Origin: Cyanidioschyzon merolae
Taxonomy: Eukaryota
Length of the DNA stretch: 64,000 bases
Assembly (NCBI GenBank): GCA_000091205.1
Contig: AP006493.2
Reading direction: 5' to 3' (one strand)
The translations under genes and the position numbers were made by a program. This document shows positions 10,560-21,536 of this stretch, piece by piece; position 1 is the first letter of the stretch, and every line of letters begins with the position of its first letter. The notes under the pieces were generated by a model. It saw only the letters and a program-made list of their open reading frames with translations. It was not told the DNA's origin and did not search any database.

Positions 10560-12377
10560 ATGCAGCGCTTTGTGCAGTCACAACATGTTTTTGGTATATG
10601 GAAACCAGGCCTTTGGTGTTGCCTCCGGGAGCATGCTCGCTGGTTTGCAGCAGCAGCAGGGCCTCCCAGCCAGAAGCGGAAGCTGCTTGCGGACGGACCC
10701 ACGCTTGCGGACTTTTTGGTGAGTACCTCCGGAGATCACACCGGGTCATCAGTGCTCTCGAAGAGTGGCACTCCGACAAGGTTGCTCGAAAGGCAGATAG
10801 ATTCCCGTCGGAAGCGACCTACCGTAGGGGCATCAGCGAGTGTCGTTGAGGCGTTGCGTGCTTTGGATGCAGATCTCGCAGAGACCCCGCCCGCCCCGTA
10901 CAAGGTTTTCATCGAGACTTACGGTTGTGCGATGAATACATCTGATTCAGAGATTGTAGCGTCTATTTTGGCTGCACGTCCGGACTGGTTTCAGCTACTC
11001 AATGGTCCTTCGGCTTCTCCGGACGAGGCGGATGTCGTGTTGATCAACTCGTGCGCGATTCGAGACAAACCCGAGGTCCGTGTGCTTCAAAGACTTTCAA
11101 TGCTTCGAGCGGCAGAGCGCGGTCGAGGCCAGCGTGCGCCGCGACGCATTCTTGGCCTTCTTGGTTGCATGGCGGAGCGTCTCAAGACACGGTTGCTGGA
11201 TGAGATGCCTTCGAAACGCCTAGTTGACCTAGTCGTCGGACCCGACAGCTACCGCGACCTCCCTCTGCTGCTGCAGGGCCTCGTGCGTACGACGGATCTG
11301 CAGCGCTTTGCCTATCATGTACAGCTTTCACTTGAGGAGACGTATGCAGATATAGCGCCTCTACGGGACCATGGACTGATCACAGCATACGTGAGTATCA
11401 TGCGTGGGTGTAATAACCACTGCGCATTCTGTGTTGTGCCGCAGACGCGTGGCCCGGAGCGCTCGCGAGAGCCTGCGAGCATCTGGAACGAGATCGAAAG
11501 TCTGGGTAACGAAGGCTTCAAAGAAGTTGTTCTCTTGGGGCAAAACGTGAATAGCTATTGCTACCAGAGCGACCATCCGTATCCAAAGGTCACCAAATTT
11601 GCGGATCTCCTGGAAGGTGTTTGTGAGATTGCTGAGCGCCACTCGATGCGTGTACGTTACACTTCGCCACATCCGAAGGATTTTCCTCACGAGGTGCTGA
11701 GACTCTATACAAGATACGCACCTGGAACTCTTTGCCGTCAGATCCATGTTCCCATGCAGTCCGGAAGCTCCGAAGTGCTGCGCCGAATGCGTCGCGGCTA
11801 TACACGCGAGGAGTATCTTGCACTCGTGGCGCGCATTCGAGATACAGTCGGTGCAGATGTTGCGCTCTCTACTGATATTATCAGCGGATTCTGTGGGGAG
11901 ACTGAAGCAGAGCACGCGGAGACGATTTCGCTTATGGAGCAAGTGCGCTTCGATCAGGCATTCATGTTCGCATACAGTGAACGCGAGCGCACGATTGCGG
12001 CTCGCCTGTACGCCGATGACATTCCAAAGGAGGTGAAACTCCGTCGACTTGGCGAAATCATTTCGACGCAACTCAAGATCAGTGCAGAACGGGCACGAGC
12101 GATGGTCGGCACCGAACAGCGCGTGCTGGTTGAAGAGGTCGTTCACGCGAACGAGCGGCAACGACTAGACTCGGAGATTAGCGGGAAGCAAGCCACTCCT
12201 GCCTGGATCGCCCGGACCGAGAGCAATCGCCGTGTTTGGATACCATTCTCGGAAAAGCACACTGTCGAAGGACCCGGCCCAATGCACAAGCATCGACAAC
12301 CCTGCATTGGCGATTATGTTGAGGTATCCATCACCGGGGTGAGCGGCAATCGACTCATTGGTGAGATTGTAAACTGA
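10560..12377 (+). CDS. tRNA methylthiotransferase, MiaB/CDK5RAP1-like radical SAM enzyme, with a roughly 110-aa N-terminal presequence and a C-terminal TRAM domain.
   Basis: ATG at 10560. The MTTase N-domain reads KVFIETYGCAMNTSDSEIVASIL. The radical SAM motif is CNNHCAFCVVP. The TRAM-like C-terminus reads GDYVEVSITGVSGNRLIGE. The ORF is uninterrupted. Confidence 0.8.
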   Translation: MQRFVQSQHVFGIWKPGLWCCLREHARWFAAAAGPPSQKRKLLADGPTLADFLVSTSGDHTGSSVLSKSGTPTRLLERQIDSRRKRPTVGASASVVEALRALDADLAETPPAPYKVFIETYGCAMNTSDSEIVASILAARPDWFQLLNGPSASPDEADVVLINSCAIRDKPEVRVLQRLSMLRAAERGRGQRAPRRILGLLGCMAERLKTRLLDEMPSKRLVDLVVGPDSYRDLPLLLQGLVRTTDLQRFAYHVQLSLEETYADIAPLRDHGLITAYVSIMRGCNNHCAFCVVPQTRGPERSREPASIWNEIESLGNEGFKEVVLLGQNVNSYCYQSDHPYPKVTKFADLLEGVCEIAERHSMRVRYTSPHPKDFPHEVLRLYTRYAPGTLCRQIHVPMQSGSSEVLRRMRRGYTREEYLALVARIRDTVGADVALSTDIISGFCGETEAEHAETISLMEQVRFDQAFMFAYSERERTIAARLYADDIPKEVKLRRLGEIISTQLKISAERARAMVGTEQRVLVEEVVHANERQRLDSEISGKQATPAWIARTESNRRVWIPFSEKHTVEGPGPMHKHRQPCIGDYVEVSITGVSGNRLIGEIVN

Positions 12378-12500
12378 ATCGAGGAACAGCTCTGCATTGT
12401 CGATTGTGTCCATGGATCCATCACCAGTTTCCGCTCCAGTCGGATTATAGGTGAAGTTGTAGAGTGAACAGGGGCGCAGCTCTGCATAGAGACATCACTA
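12301..12500. repeat. Tandem duplication, about 89 bp x 2.2 copies at roughly 75% identity. It spans the last 25 codons of the MiaB-like CDS and its 3' flank.
   Basis: Unit 1 is 12301-12389 (cctgcattggcgattatgttgaggtatccatcacc...). Unit 2 is 12390-12479 (ctctgcattgtcgattgtgtccatggatccatcacc...). A partial third unit is 12480-12500. Unit 2 translates to a diverged echo of the TRAM C-terminus (CIVDCVHGSITSFRSSRIIGEVVE). Confidence 0.75.
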
Positions 12501-14777
12501 TAGCAGTGAGCACATGGTGTAGCCTGACTTGCCAGGAGCACGCGCGAAGAATATGCATTTCTTGGTGCTCAATAACGGTGAGCGCGACGTCATCGGGAAT
12601 ACCTTGAACCTGGTGAATGCCCTCCGGGATGCGAGAATGTCTGAATCCAAGCCTCGAGCACTCCAGCCGATGCCCCAAAGCGACCACGACGTCGCTCCGC
12701 ATCGTTTAGGCAACCACGGCCGCGGGACGCCCAGCAGCATTGCCTCAAACGACTGTGGTCAGCAAGGGACCCCATGGATCGCTTGAAGGAAATTGAACAC
12801 CTGTCTATGATACTATCATGGCGCTCTTGGAACGTGATCACGCCCCATGATGAGCGCAAGTCCGTTCTCTGGTCATAGAGAGCGCTCGGGCATTCAGGGC
12901 ATTTGGTGAGGCGGTTCGATCCTGAAGCACAAAAATTTGATTCAAGTCACTGTTCACGTGGCCATGGTAAAGCTGTTCTGAGTGCCACAGACCTGGAAAC
13001 TGCATTGCTCTTGGGTCCGCCACGCCTTCAACATACGGGATAATAGCGTTCTGAAGGCGTTGCACAGAATGTCGCTACAGAAGCGGTGTCGCTGGTGCAC
13101 TGGATATGGACAGCGTTTGTGCACGTGAAAGGAGCCTCCTTCGCCTCATCGCTCTCGGGAATGATTTCGGTTCTACAAAGGCAAGAAAAGTGGGTTCACC
13201 AAATTGTTCGGTGAGTTGAAAGAGGACATTACCGATAAGAGTCGTTGTTTGATGGTGTCATATGGCGCTTGAAATGCTGTGGCGCTCGGAGGCTGCACTC
13301 GTGCTTCTTCGAAGAGAGTGTACAATGAGTTGAGGAACCAAGTCTGCGCGATTCCCATCAATGTATTCAGAACGACATTCACGAATCATGAGCATGCATG
13401 CTCCTTGAAACTGGTAGCGAAGAAGAGTGTGAGACAGTGACGGATGCATACGCTGATGTACGGTACGCTGACAGCGCATCGTGTCGTGATGTAATCGAAA
13501 ATGAGGGGTTCTCGACTGTGTTCTTCCAATGGCAATTATGCGCGCGAGCTCTTTCTGTACCCCGACATGAACGCATCGGCCAACAGCCGAAACTGCATCC
13601 TGCTTCAAGGGCATCGTGAGGCCTTATGTCGAGCGAGGATTCGAGTAAATCGTTTACTGCTCAGTGCGGACATGACGCTGAAACGCCGAGGACTTTCGAA
13701 AGATGAAAATTAGCGTTCAGGAAAGCTGAGATTCGATTATCGCTTGGGCAAGGTACAGAATTCGTATGGATTAGCAGTCCAGATTGGCTGGATCGCCATG
13801 TGCATACACTGGGAAAGATTTTCCTGAGTTACGAATGAACGGTAACAGTGTTCACTCACTCGATATTGCGCCGCATGATGATGCGCTCATTACGTACAAA
13901 AATCTAGGGCGGACGCAAGCGCTCAGCGAACGGAAAGGAATCCTCGCCGAGACATAAGAGCCGTCAGCGAGGAAGCATGAGCTAGTTCGAGCCAGAAACG
14001 CCGCTCCGCTGCATCGGATTCGGCGCTTCCTCGAGCCAAAGCCCTCTGTGGTACAGCAGAGCCGTTTTGTCTCCGTGTGACGACCGCACTGGCGCTGTGG
14101 GAGCTATTGCGGACGCTCATGGCAAGCTCTGCACTGGATTGAACGGAACGAGCGACAAGAATATCCGAGAAGAATTATGGCTTATGGAACTTGGTGGTAG
14201 ATGGAATGATAGATGCCTCACCGCGCGCTGGTACCAAGCGCAGAGTCGGGGAATGCTGGCCTGAATCAACGATTCGCCAAATGAAACCAATTTCGATCCC
14301 GCGCGCCGAAGCAGTGTTTCATATCGTACCGTCATGATCTTCCACGATATTCCTTATTCTTCCAACTTCTTGGGCAAACGGTCATCTCACGTACCATGTA
14401 CATTCTTGTATCTATATGAACTAAATGAAAATATTGGACCTGGACAGGAGCAACCCTCAGACAACGCAGTCACTAAACGGTCTCCTTGGTTCAGTGTTCA
14501 CGAGCGTGTGTTCCGCCATAGTCTGGACCTCGACCAAAGAAACCAGCTTGCTGTACTGCAAACTGTGATCGCCGGAACTCCGGAGTTTAACTAGAATCTT
14601 CTGAGCTGCTTTGAGCGGCAAGGTGGAACTGGTATTCACTGCTCACCGAGGCGAGCCTCGGAGCAAGCTTTCGGCAGGCGGCAGGAAATCTGGCGAACTT
14701 CTCAAGGGCTACCAAAAACCCCGGCTGCGTCTGAAAAATCCAGTGAGACGGCGATAAGCGCTACAGCGCACCGTCTC

Positions 14778-17345
14778 ATGGAGGGCGGGTCTCCAGCTGT
14801 AGGGAGGGCGGGCTCTCTCGCGGACGCTCCCACGAGTTCTGACCCGGCGCCTACCGCAAGCGCCAACGACCGCAGCAACACCGCTGACCCGCAACAGCCC
14901 TCGACATCTAGCCCATTGGTAAACGCGGCAGACCCTGGAGCAAAGAATGTCGCCCTTGTGGAACAGACAGAACCGGCGACACCAACTGCCTCTACAGGAA
15001 ACGAGCAGCACCGGACGACGCAGCCAGCGCCACGACAGTTTTCACCAGCTCAACGATGCAACCACAACCAGGTGAAAAGGCTAGGTCCCGCCTTGAAATC
15101 CTTGGAATGCCCAATCTGCTTTGATTTGTTTCGCGCAGCTGTGACGACCCGCTGCGGTCATACGTTTTGTTTCAGCTGTATCATGCGACACTTTCGCAAT
15201 CACAAATCCTGTCCAGTATGTGGCGGTTTCTTGACTCGCGACCAAATCGCCCCTGACTCCAGTGTTCAAAAGGCGGTTCGTCTAGCGCAGGCAGCATCAC
15301 CGAGCTTGCTTACGAGATCGAAAACTTCATCTCGAGTCGATGATGTCCGATCGTCTACGCTGGTGTCGGATGAGGAGAAACCCCAGCGAAAGGCGCAGCG
15401 GACCGGAACATTGGACACGCAAGAGGAATGTGTTGCCGAATCTGACGGTGAATTCAAATCTGAAGCTGCTGCAGCTTTCGCTGCCCTCATGTCGCAACAG
15501 TCAGGACATGCTGGCAGGCCTCGACAAGCGCTGTTCGCAGCCGGCTCAACGCACGCTCCGCGTGAACAGCGACAGGAGATCGCACCCGCCGCGTCGGATG
15601 ACCAGCATCGAGCTTCGTCGAGGGAGAGGCCCATTCTATCGAAGCAGGATCCAATCATAGAGCAAATCCTGAGCGATCTGGAAAGAGAGACGCAGAAAGG
15701 ACAAGAGAGCAACTTTGTGGACAAGCTCAAGAGGATTGCCTCTCGACTATCAGGTTCAGAGATTGACCAGATTGTCGAGACATTGTTAGAGCAGCGTCGC
15801 CGCCTCCAGCGAATGAGCCTGGGCACTGATTATACAATCTTGAAAAGCTTCCTCGAATACAACATTGAGCTGAAACGCCGCGAGCTGGCAAAGATTGAGG
15901 CAGAGCTTCTGCAATTAGAAGCGGATCTACAAAGGGCCAACGAGCTACAGCAGCGACGTGCTGAATCCATGAAGGATTCGGGAGAACGCGGCGCCCCAGA
16001 GGCGGCCGAAAAGCGGGTACAGCGGATGCTGATATTGTTCGAACAGCTTCAGCAACGGTACTTGGAGCTCAGACCACCAAACTTGAAAGAATCTTCTCCT
16101 CAGCCAGCGGGCATGGATAGAGATAACCAGCAAAGCCATGCCACGAGAGCTCGACCATACGATTTGGGACCGTCGCCACTGGCGCTTTCGTCGGTGACTG
16201 CACAGAGCTCAGGGCACCTCCCGACGGACATCACCGAAGTGGATGCCGATCCCCTGGAACAGTTTGCGCACGAACTGTGCACGGCGACGAAATATGCACA
16301 AATGCGCTGCCTAACGCTTTTGCGTTATGGGGAGCCTTTTCGGGGTAGCAATATCGTGTCGTGTCTGGACTTTGACATGTTTGGTGAACTGCTCGCAGCT
16401 GCTGGAGTCATGCGGAAAATCAAAATTTTTGATCTACACACCGTGGTCGATCACGATGCTCAGGTGAAATATCCAATCTGCGAACTGCCAGCACGAGCAA
16501 AGCTCTCATGTCTGAGCTGGAGTCCGTCGACACGGCAACATATCGCGTCGAGCGACTATGATGGAGTCGTCTGCATCTGGGACACAGAAAGCTGCAAGCT
16601 CGTCGCCGAGTATGAAGAGCATGAGAAACGAGCCTGGACCGTAGATTACTGTCCGATGAAGCCTCATATCCTGGCGTCCGGTAGCGACGACGGGAATGTC
16701 AAGATATGGTCGACCACGCAACGAGACTCTGTAGGAACGATTCGGATGAATGCGAATGTGTGCTGCATTAAGTTTGCACCTCTTCAGCACGAGTGCCTGC
16801 TTGCCGTTGGATCAGCCGATCACCAAGCTTACGTTTATGACTTGCGCAGCATGGCACAGCCGCTGCACATCCTCAAGGGCCATCGAAAGGCAATCTCCTA
16901 TATCCGATTCTTCTGCAGCAACCGGGAAATCGTGACTGCATCCACGGATTCGACGTTGCGGCTGTGGGACCTGCGAAGCTGCCAGTGCGAGCGCATCTAC
17001 ACTGGCCATTGTAATGAGCGCAACTTTGTGGGCCTTTCTGTGAAGCCGGACTGGATTGCCTGCGGTAGTGAAGACAACCACGTCTATACCTATTATCGCA
17101 GCCTGACATCGCCAGCAATTGTGAGCGACTTTGCTGCCGAGCCGGCCCAGCATTCAGCAGAGGTCGTCGCTCGATCTGGAGGCGCCCTGGATGTCGCCGG
17201 TGCACCAGGCTCGCGCTTCTTGCAACCAGATTCTGGCACGTTCGGTGGCCCGCATTTTGTCTCAGCCGTTGCCTGGCGCAAGGACACAGACACACTTGCT
17301 GCAGCGAATTCTCAGGGCCTAATTAGGATCTTTGAGCTCTCATGA
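14778..17345 (+). CDS. COP1: COP1-like E3 ubiquitin ligase (RING finger, coiled-coil, 7x WD40).
   Basis: The C3HC4 RING reads CPICFDLFRAAVTTRCGHTFCFSCIMRHFRNHKSCPVCG. A coiled-coil region reads ELKRRELAKIEAELLQLEADLQ. The C-terminal WD40 propeller includes LSWSP...VCIWD, SGSDDGNVKIWS and ASTDSTLRLWDL. ATG at 14778; uninterrupted 855-aa ORF. Confidence 0.85.
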   Translation: MEGGSPAVGRAGSLADAPTSSDPAPTASANDRSNTADPQQPSTSSPLVNAADPGAKNVALVEQTEPATPTASTGNEQHRTTQPAPRQFSPAQRCNHNQVKRLGPALKSLECPICFDLFRAAVTTRCGHTFCFSCIMRHFRNHKSCPVCGGFLTRDQIAPDSSVQKAVRLAQAASPSLLTRSKTSSRVDDVRSSTLVSDEEKPQRKAQRTGTLDTQEECVAESDGEFKSEAAAAFAALMSQQSGHAGRPRQALFAAGSTHAPREQRQEIAPAASDDQHRASSRERPILSKQDPIIEQILSDLERETQKGQESNFVDKLKRIASRLSGSEIDQIVETLLEQRRRLQRMSLGTDYTILKSFLEYNIELKRRELAKIEAELLQLEADLQRANELQQRRAESMKDSGERGAPEAAEKRVQRMLILFEQLQQRYLELRPPNLKESSPQPAGMDRDNQQSHATRARPYDLGPSPLALSSVTAQSSGHLPTDITEVDADPLEQFAHELCTATKYAQMRCLTLLRYGEPFRGSNIVSCLDFDMFGELLAAAGVMRKIKIFDLHTVVDHDAQVKYPICELPARAKLSCLSWSPSTRQHIASSDYDGVVCIWDTESCKLVAEYEEHEKRAWTVDYCPMKPHILASGSDDGNVKIWSTTQRDSVGTIRMNANVCCIKFAPLQHECLLAVGSADHQAYVYDLRSMAQPLHILKGHRKAISYIRFFCSNREIVTASTDSTLRLWDLRSCQCERIYTGHCNERNFVGLSVKPDWIACGSEDNHVYTYYRSLTSPAIVSDFAAEPAQHSAEVVARSGGALDVAGAPGSRFLQPDSGTFGGPHFVSAVAWRKDTDTLAAANSQGLIRIFELS

Positions 17346-18597
17346 GACCGGCATCCGAAAGACTCGATGCTGTTTTCGACTGCGAGCGATCTTGGAGCAT
17401 GCTGCAGATGCCTGCCCAGGGCCATCGGGTGCATTCTCAGTGTCGCAGCACCACAGCGCACGATACCTGTACGGATAGCCATTTATTGTGAGGAATCTGG
17501 CAGTCTGCGCTGGCTAGAATGTGTTCGCGTCATAGTCGACGACGTAAACGAACAGTTTGCTCAGGTTCGCTATTCGTGAGAAATATTTGCAATGCATTTC
17601 ACTTGATGTGTTCACAAGCATGCAATCAATCACGGTTTACTGCGTACACCGACAACTCTCTGTCATATGCGTGTCTACTGCATGGGGGCTGAACTTTGTG
17701 TGCGTGTTCACGGCACTGTCAGTTGCCCATTTCAATATTTTCTGGTTGGATTCACGCATATAAACTGTTTTCGCATCCATGAGCGAAGTTCTCGTTAGAG
17801 GGCGCCCACTCCTGGAGGCCGTACTCGGGCAAGACGCCAACGCCCGGGCGCACTGGTCGCACTTCCGCGGGAGCCCTCAGTTCTGTTGCACATTTCGTCG
17901 AGGTCTGGGCGCTAGGCCTGAGGGCACTCCAAGCGTCTGCGGTTTGCGCTCCGCGTGGGGCCTCGAGCACTCGGGTCACAACGAGGTGCAGTGTGTTGCG
18001 AACGGCGTCGCCTAGCACGTCGCATGGCACATTCCGGTTACACTCTTGGGGTTTCCGTTGTCCTTTACAAGCACATAAGCCAGGGTCCAATGACTAGCCT
18101 CATCAAGTCGCAATGGATAGGAGATTAAGTGGGTCACCGCCGGCCTCGAAACGCTCTACAGTCAAGTGTCGCAGGAAAGCGATACTGCCGATTCGCGTAA
18201 AGTACACACGTTTCCAGGCGTGCGTTATACCGCAATTAATCGCTCACTGGGCCGTCCTGCGATGAAACCAGAACGGCAAGACGAGGGTATTCTGCGCTGG
18301 CGGCTTCCTAGGCAAAAATCAGCAGTTCAACTCGCATACGTAAGTTTGAAAAGTTTTCCACACGGGTTCCGTCTACGCAAAGCGCTTCGTTACTGGCTTT
18401 CCTCGTCCCTAGGGGCTTGGCAACGAGTTCACTGCAGCTCAGGGAACGCTGCTGGCTGGACGCACTGTCAGCGAGGTCGCCACGGATGTTGTCTCAGTCA
18501 CACAACCCGAAAAGCAGGTATTCGACTGGTGCAGCGGTTCCAAAGCGGTAGGTCGTTCCAAGCCTGCGAAGCACTGCCTGCAGAGCTTACCACGACC

Positions 18598-19650
18598 ATG
18601 GCGCACAGGTACTTTGATGCGGCAGCGAACCTCACGGATGAGGCGTTTTTAGGGGTATATAACGGCAAGAGATATCACGAACCAGACCTTGATCGAGTTC
18701 TCGAACGAGCTGCACAAGAAAACGTACGCGAAGTTCTAGTCACGGCGGGCTCTCTAGACCAGAGTAAAGAGGCGCTGTTGCTAGTTCGCGAAAACCGTAA
18801 ACAACTTGCCGCATCGAGCGCAACGTCCTTGCCGAAACTATTCGCCACTGTGGGTGTGCATCCCACCAGATGCAGTGAGTTTTTCCCCAAAGAAGATACT
18901 GCATCTGCGGATGCTGAGGCGCACGCACGCGAGCATCTACATGCCCTGAGAGCACTCATCGAGCAAGGCGTTGGCGCAGCGGGTGGTACGCAAGCCCCTG
19001 ACGAAAACCTCGATGATGACGCCGTTGTCGCCATCGGCGAGTGTGGACTCGATTACGTGCGCACACAGTTCTGCCCGCCGGCAGTGCAGCAAAGAGGCTT
19101 CAAGTTGCAACTGCAACTAGCCGGAGAGACTGGTCTCCCTCTTCTGTTGCACAATCGAGAGTCTACTGCCGACCTAGTGCAGCTTCTCACGGAGAACCGG
19201 CACCAAATTAGAGCTGGCGGTCTCGTTCATTCATTTGATGGTTCAGCAGAGGAAGCAGCAATGTTGTTAGACCTCGGATTTCACCTAGGCGTCAACGGAT
19301 GCTCCCTGAAAACAGAGGAGAATCTTCGAGTTGTCCGTGAGAGCATTCCTTTAGATCGCCTTATCTTAGAGACAGACTGTCCGTATTGTGAGCTGCGACC
19401 GAGCCACGCCAGCTATCAGTTCATGCACAAGCAAGGCATCGACATCGCGGGGTACGGCTGGGCAGGCCGCGCGCGCGCTGACAAGAAACGCTTCTGCACA
19501 GGTGTGGGCGTGCGGGGGCGCAACGAGCCTTGTAGTATTGTCCAGATATGTGCTGTTGTGTCCAGCCTCAAAGGAGTGCCGATGGCGCACGTTGCGGAGG
19601 CGACGCGTCGGAACGCCCTTTCGCTGTTTAGGTGCAGCGAGGCCGTCTAG
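18598..19650 (+). CDS. TatD-family metal-dependent nuclease (TATDN1-like).
   Basis: The TatD N-terminus MAHRYFDAAANLTDEAF begins at the ATG at 18598. The track ORF began at a GTG at 18166 with 144 aa of non-conserved prefix. Internal motifs are GECGLDY, LPLLLHNRES, HSFDGS and LILETDCPY. Confidence 0.7.
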   Translation: MAHRYFDAAANLTDEAFLGVYNGKRYHEPDLDRVLERAAQENVREVLVTAGSLDQSKEALLLVRENRKQLAASSATSLPKLFATVGVHPTRCSEFFPKEDTASADAEAHAREHLHALRALIEQGVGAAGGTQAPDENLDDDAVVAIGECGLDYVRTQFCPPAVQQRGFKLQLQLAGETGLPLLLHNRESTADLVQLLTENRHQIRAGGLVHSFDGSAEEAAMLLDLGFHLGVNGCSLKTEENLRVVRESIPLDRLILETDCPYCELRPSHASYQFMHKQGIDIAGYGWAGRARADKKRFCTGVGVRGRNEPCSIVQICAVVSSLKGVPMAHVAEATRRNALSLFRCSEAV

Positions 19651-19682
19651 TCGACGTATTATTCTGTTCATAGTCGGCAGCT

Positions 19683-21536
19683 ATGCTTGGATTTTTGCTT
19701 CAATTTCCGAGAGCTTCTTCGAGGGACCAGCCATGGTCAGGGAAGACACGGTGGCTGGAGCGACGAGTGGCACATTCTAGCGGAGGACGTTCGAAAACGC
19801 TGCAGTCCTCGAGGGGTGGCCTCGGACGCTCTAGTAAGAAGCGCTGGGCCCTGAGCGGTACCCTGGCGGATGCCAGTGGCCGTCCGATCTCTGCAGGCCA
19901 GGGGGAAATGCACAATGGGGAGACGACGCTGGGACCCTCGGGATCCGCGGCACCTACGACAACGACAGCAGCAGTTGTTGACGCTGCGATCGGCGGCGGC
20001 CAGAACAGGTTGCCTCGGGAGCGACCCGTTTCTGTAGCCGTCGCGGGTAGGAATCAGCTGTCGTCCCAACGCTGGTCAAAGATAGTCTGCACGATCGGGC
20101 CAAAAACTTGCTCGTTGGAGGCTATCTATCAACTTGCGGAGCATGGCATGAACATAGCCCGACTCAATATGTCGCACGGCAGCCATGAATGGCATCACAA
20201 CGTCATCGAGAAAATTCGCGCTGTGAACAAGTCGGGAAAATACAATATTGGCATCCTACTGGATACGAAAGGACCAGAAGTGCGTTCAGGTGACCTGAAG
20301 GCACCGATCAAGGTCGCTCGAGGCCAACGCTTCATCTGGACGGTGCGGCGCGATATACCACCGGAACAGCTCGCATCTGATTTTCCGTACATTACGGATG
20401 TATCCTATGATGACTTTATCAACGATGTGAACGTGGGCGACATCCTCCTCGTCGACGGTGGCATCTGCTCTTTCGTCATTGTGGAAAAGCGTGGACTTGA
20501 TGTCATTTCAGAGTGCCTCGACGAAGGAGTGCTAACAAGTCGTCGGCACCTCAACGTTCGCGGCAAGTCGGCGTCTTTGCCGGCATTAACAGAAAAGGAT
20601 TGGGATGACATTCGTTTTGGCGTCGAGAGAAACGTTGATTTCTATGCTCTATCGTTCGTGAAGCATGAGGACGATATCATTCAGCTTCAGGAATACTTGA
20701 GGGAGCACGCCCCCGGGCAAACACCTCTGGTTTTGGCAAAGATCGAATCTGCGCAGGCGATCCCACGGCTGCGACAAATCCTCGAAGCTGCCGATGGAGC
20801 TATGGTGGCTCGTGGTGACTTGGGCGCTGAAATTCCCGTCGAGGAAGTGCCCATAGTGCAGGAAGAAATTGTCTACCTTAACCGGGCAATGCACAAACCA
20901 ACCATTGTGGCCACACACATGCTTGAATCCATGATTGTATACCCGACACCAACGCGTGCAGAGGTTACGGACATTACGGAAGCGATTCGACAAGGCTCAG
21001 ACGCAACGATGCTCAGCGGTGAGACTGCGAATGGCTCGTATCCGCTCGAGGCGCTCACGGTCATGGATACTGTAGCAAAGAGCGTGTTTCATCAGGAGCA
21101 GGAAGGCCTCTTGTGTGCGGCGCTTTCACCAGTTGAGCGCAGCACAGGCGCCACGCTGGAAAGGGACTTGCTCTCGGATCCAATGGTCAGCATGACAGAG
21201 GCTGCTGCGAGCCTTGCAACCGGCGTTGACGCTGCATGCATTATTGTGTTCACCAAAAGCGGGCGTGTAGCGAGCCTCGTCTCATCAGCGAGGTCGCGCT
21301 GCCCCATCTACGCGTTTACGCCCAGCGAAAGCACCGCCCGCAAGCTCACTTTATTTTGGGGCGTGACTGCTTTCAGCCTCGAGTTTTGTCCGGATCCAGA
21401 GGTAACAGTACATCGGTCTTTGGAGGAGCTGACCCGGCGCGGTCTGATCCGCAAAAATGAACTTGCAGTCATCGTTAGTGATCTGCTTGTACGCGATGAT
21501 TTCAGCGTCGACAGCATCCAAGTGCGCCGTGCCTAG
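19683..21536 (+). CDS. Pyruvate kinase with an N-terminal extension of roughly 130 aa, basic and hydroxylated, and possibly an organellar (plastid-type) isoform. An alternative start at the ATG at 19908 is possible.
   Basis: The PK core runs from SKIVCTIGPKTCS, with MSHGSHEWHHNVIEKIR, the K+/substrate site region AKIESAQAI, MVARGDLGAEIP and a C-terminal regulatory domain. The ORF is uninterrupted. Only 32 bp separate the TatD stop from the ATG at 19683. Confidence 0.8.
   Translation: MLGFLLQFPRASSRDQPWSGKTRWLERRVAHSSGGRSKTLQSSRGGLGRSSKKRWALSGTLADASGRPISAGQGEMHNGETTLGPSGSAAPTTTTAAVVDAAIGGGQNRLPRERPVSVAVAGRNQLSSQRWSKIVCTIGPKTCSLEAIYQLAEHGMNIARLNMSHGSHEWHHNVIEKIRAVNKSGKYNIGILLDTKGPEVRSGDLKAPIKVARGQRFIWTVRRDIPPEQLASDFPYITDVSYDDFINDVNVGDILLVDGGICSFVIVEKRGLDVISECLDEGVLTSRRHLNVRGKSASLPALTEKDWDDIRFGVERNVDFYALSFVKHEDDIIQLQEYLREHAPGQTPLVLAKIESAQAIPRLRQILEAADGAMVARGDLGAEIPVEEVPIVQEEIVYLNRAMHKPTIVATHMLESMIVYPTPTRAEVTDITEAIRQGSDATMLSGETANGSYPLEALTVMDTVAKSVFHQEQEGLLCAALSPVERSTGATLERDLLSDPMVSMTEAAASLATGVDAACIIVFTKSGRVASLVSSARSRCPIYAFTPSESTARKLTLFWGVTAFSLEFCPDPEVTVHRSLEELTRRGLIRKNELAVIVSDLLVRDDFSVDSIQVRRA

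Noticed and set aside
10720-10740. Consensus 5' splice-site-like GTGAGT inside the MiaB-like presequence (ttggtgagtacc).
   Set aside because: The reading frame stays open and conserved through it. No other gene in the window shows an intron. It is probably a chance hexamer.
12301-12500. Short tandem arrays (12.3 kb, 43.6 kb) as possible CRISPR-like arrays.
   Set aside because: This is a eukaryotic nuclear context, with only 2-3 imperfect units and no spacer/repeat regularity. They are simple tandem duplications.
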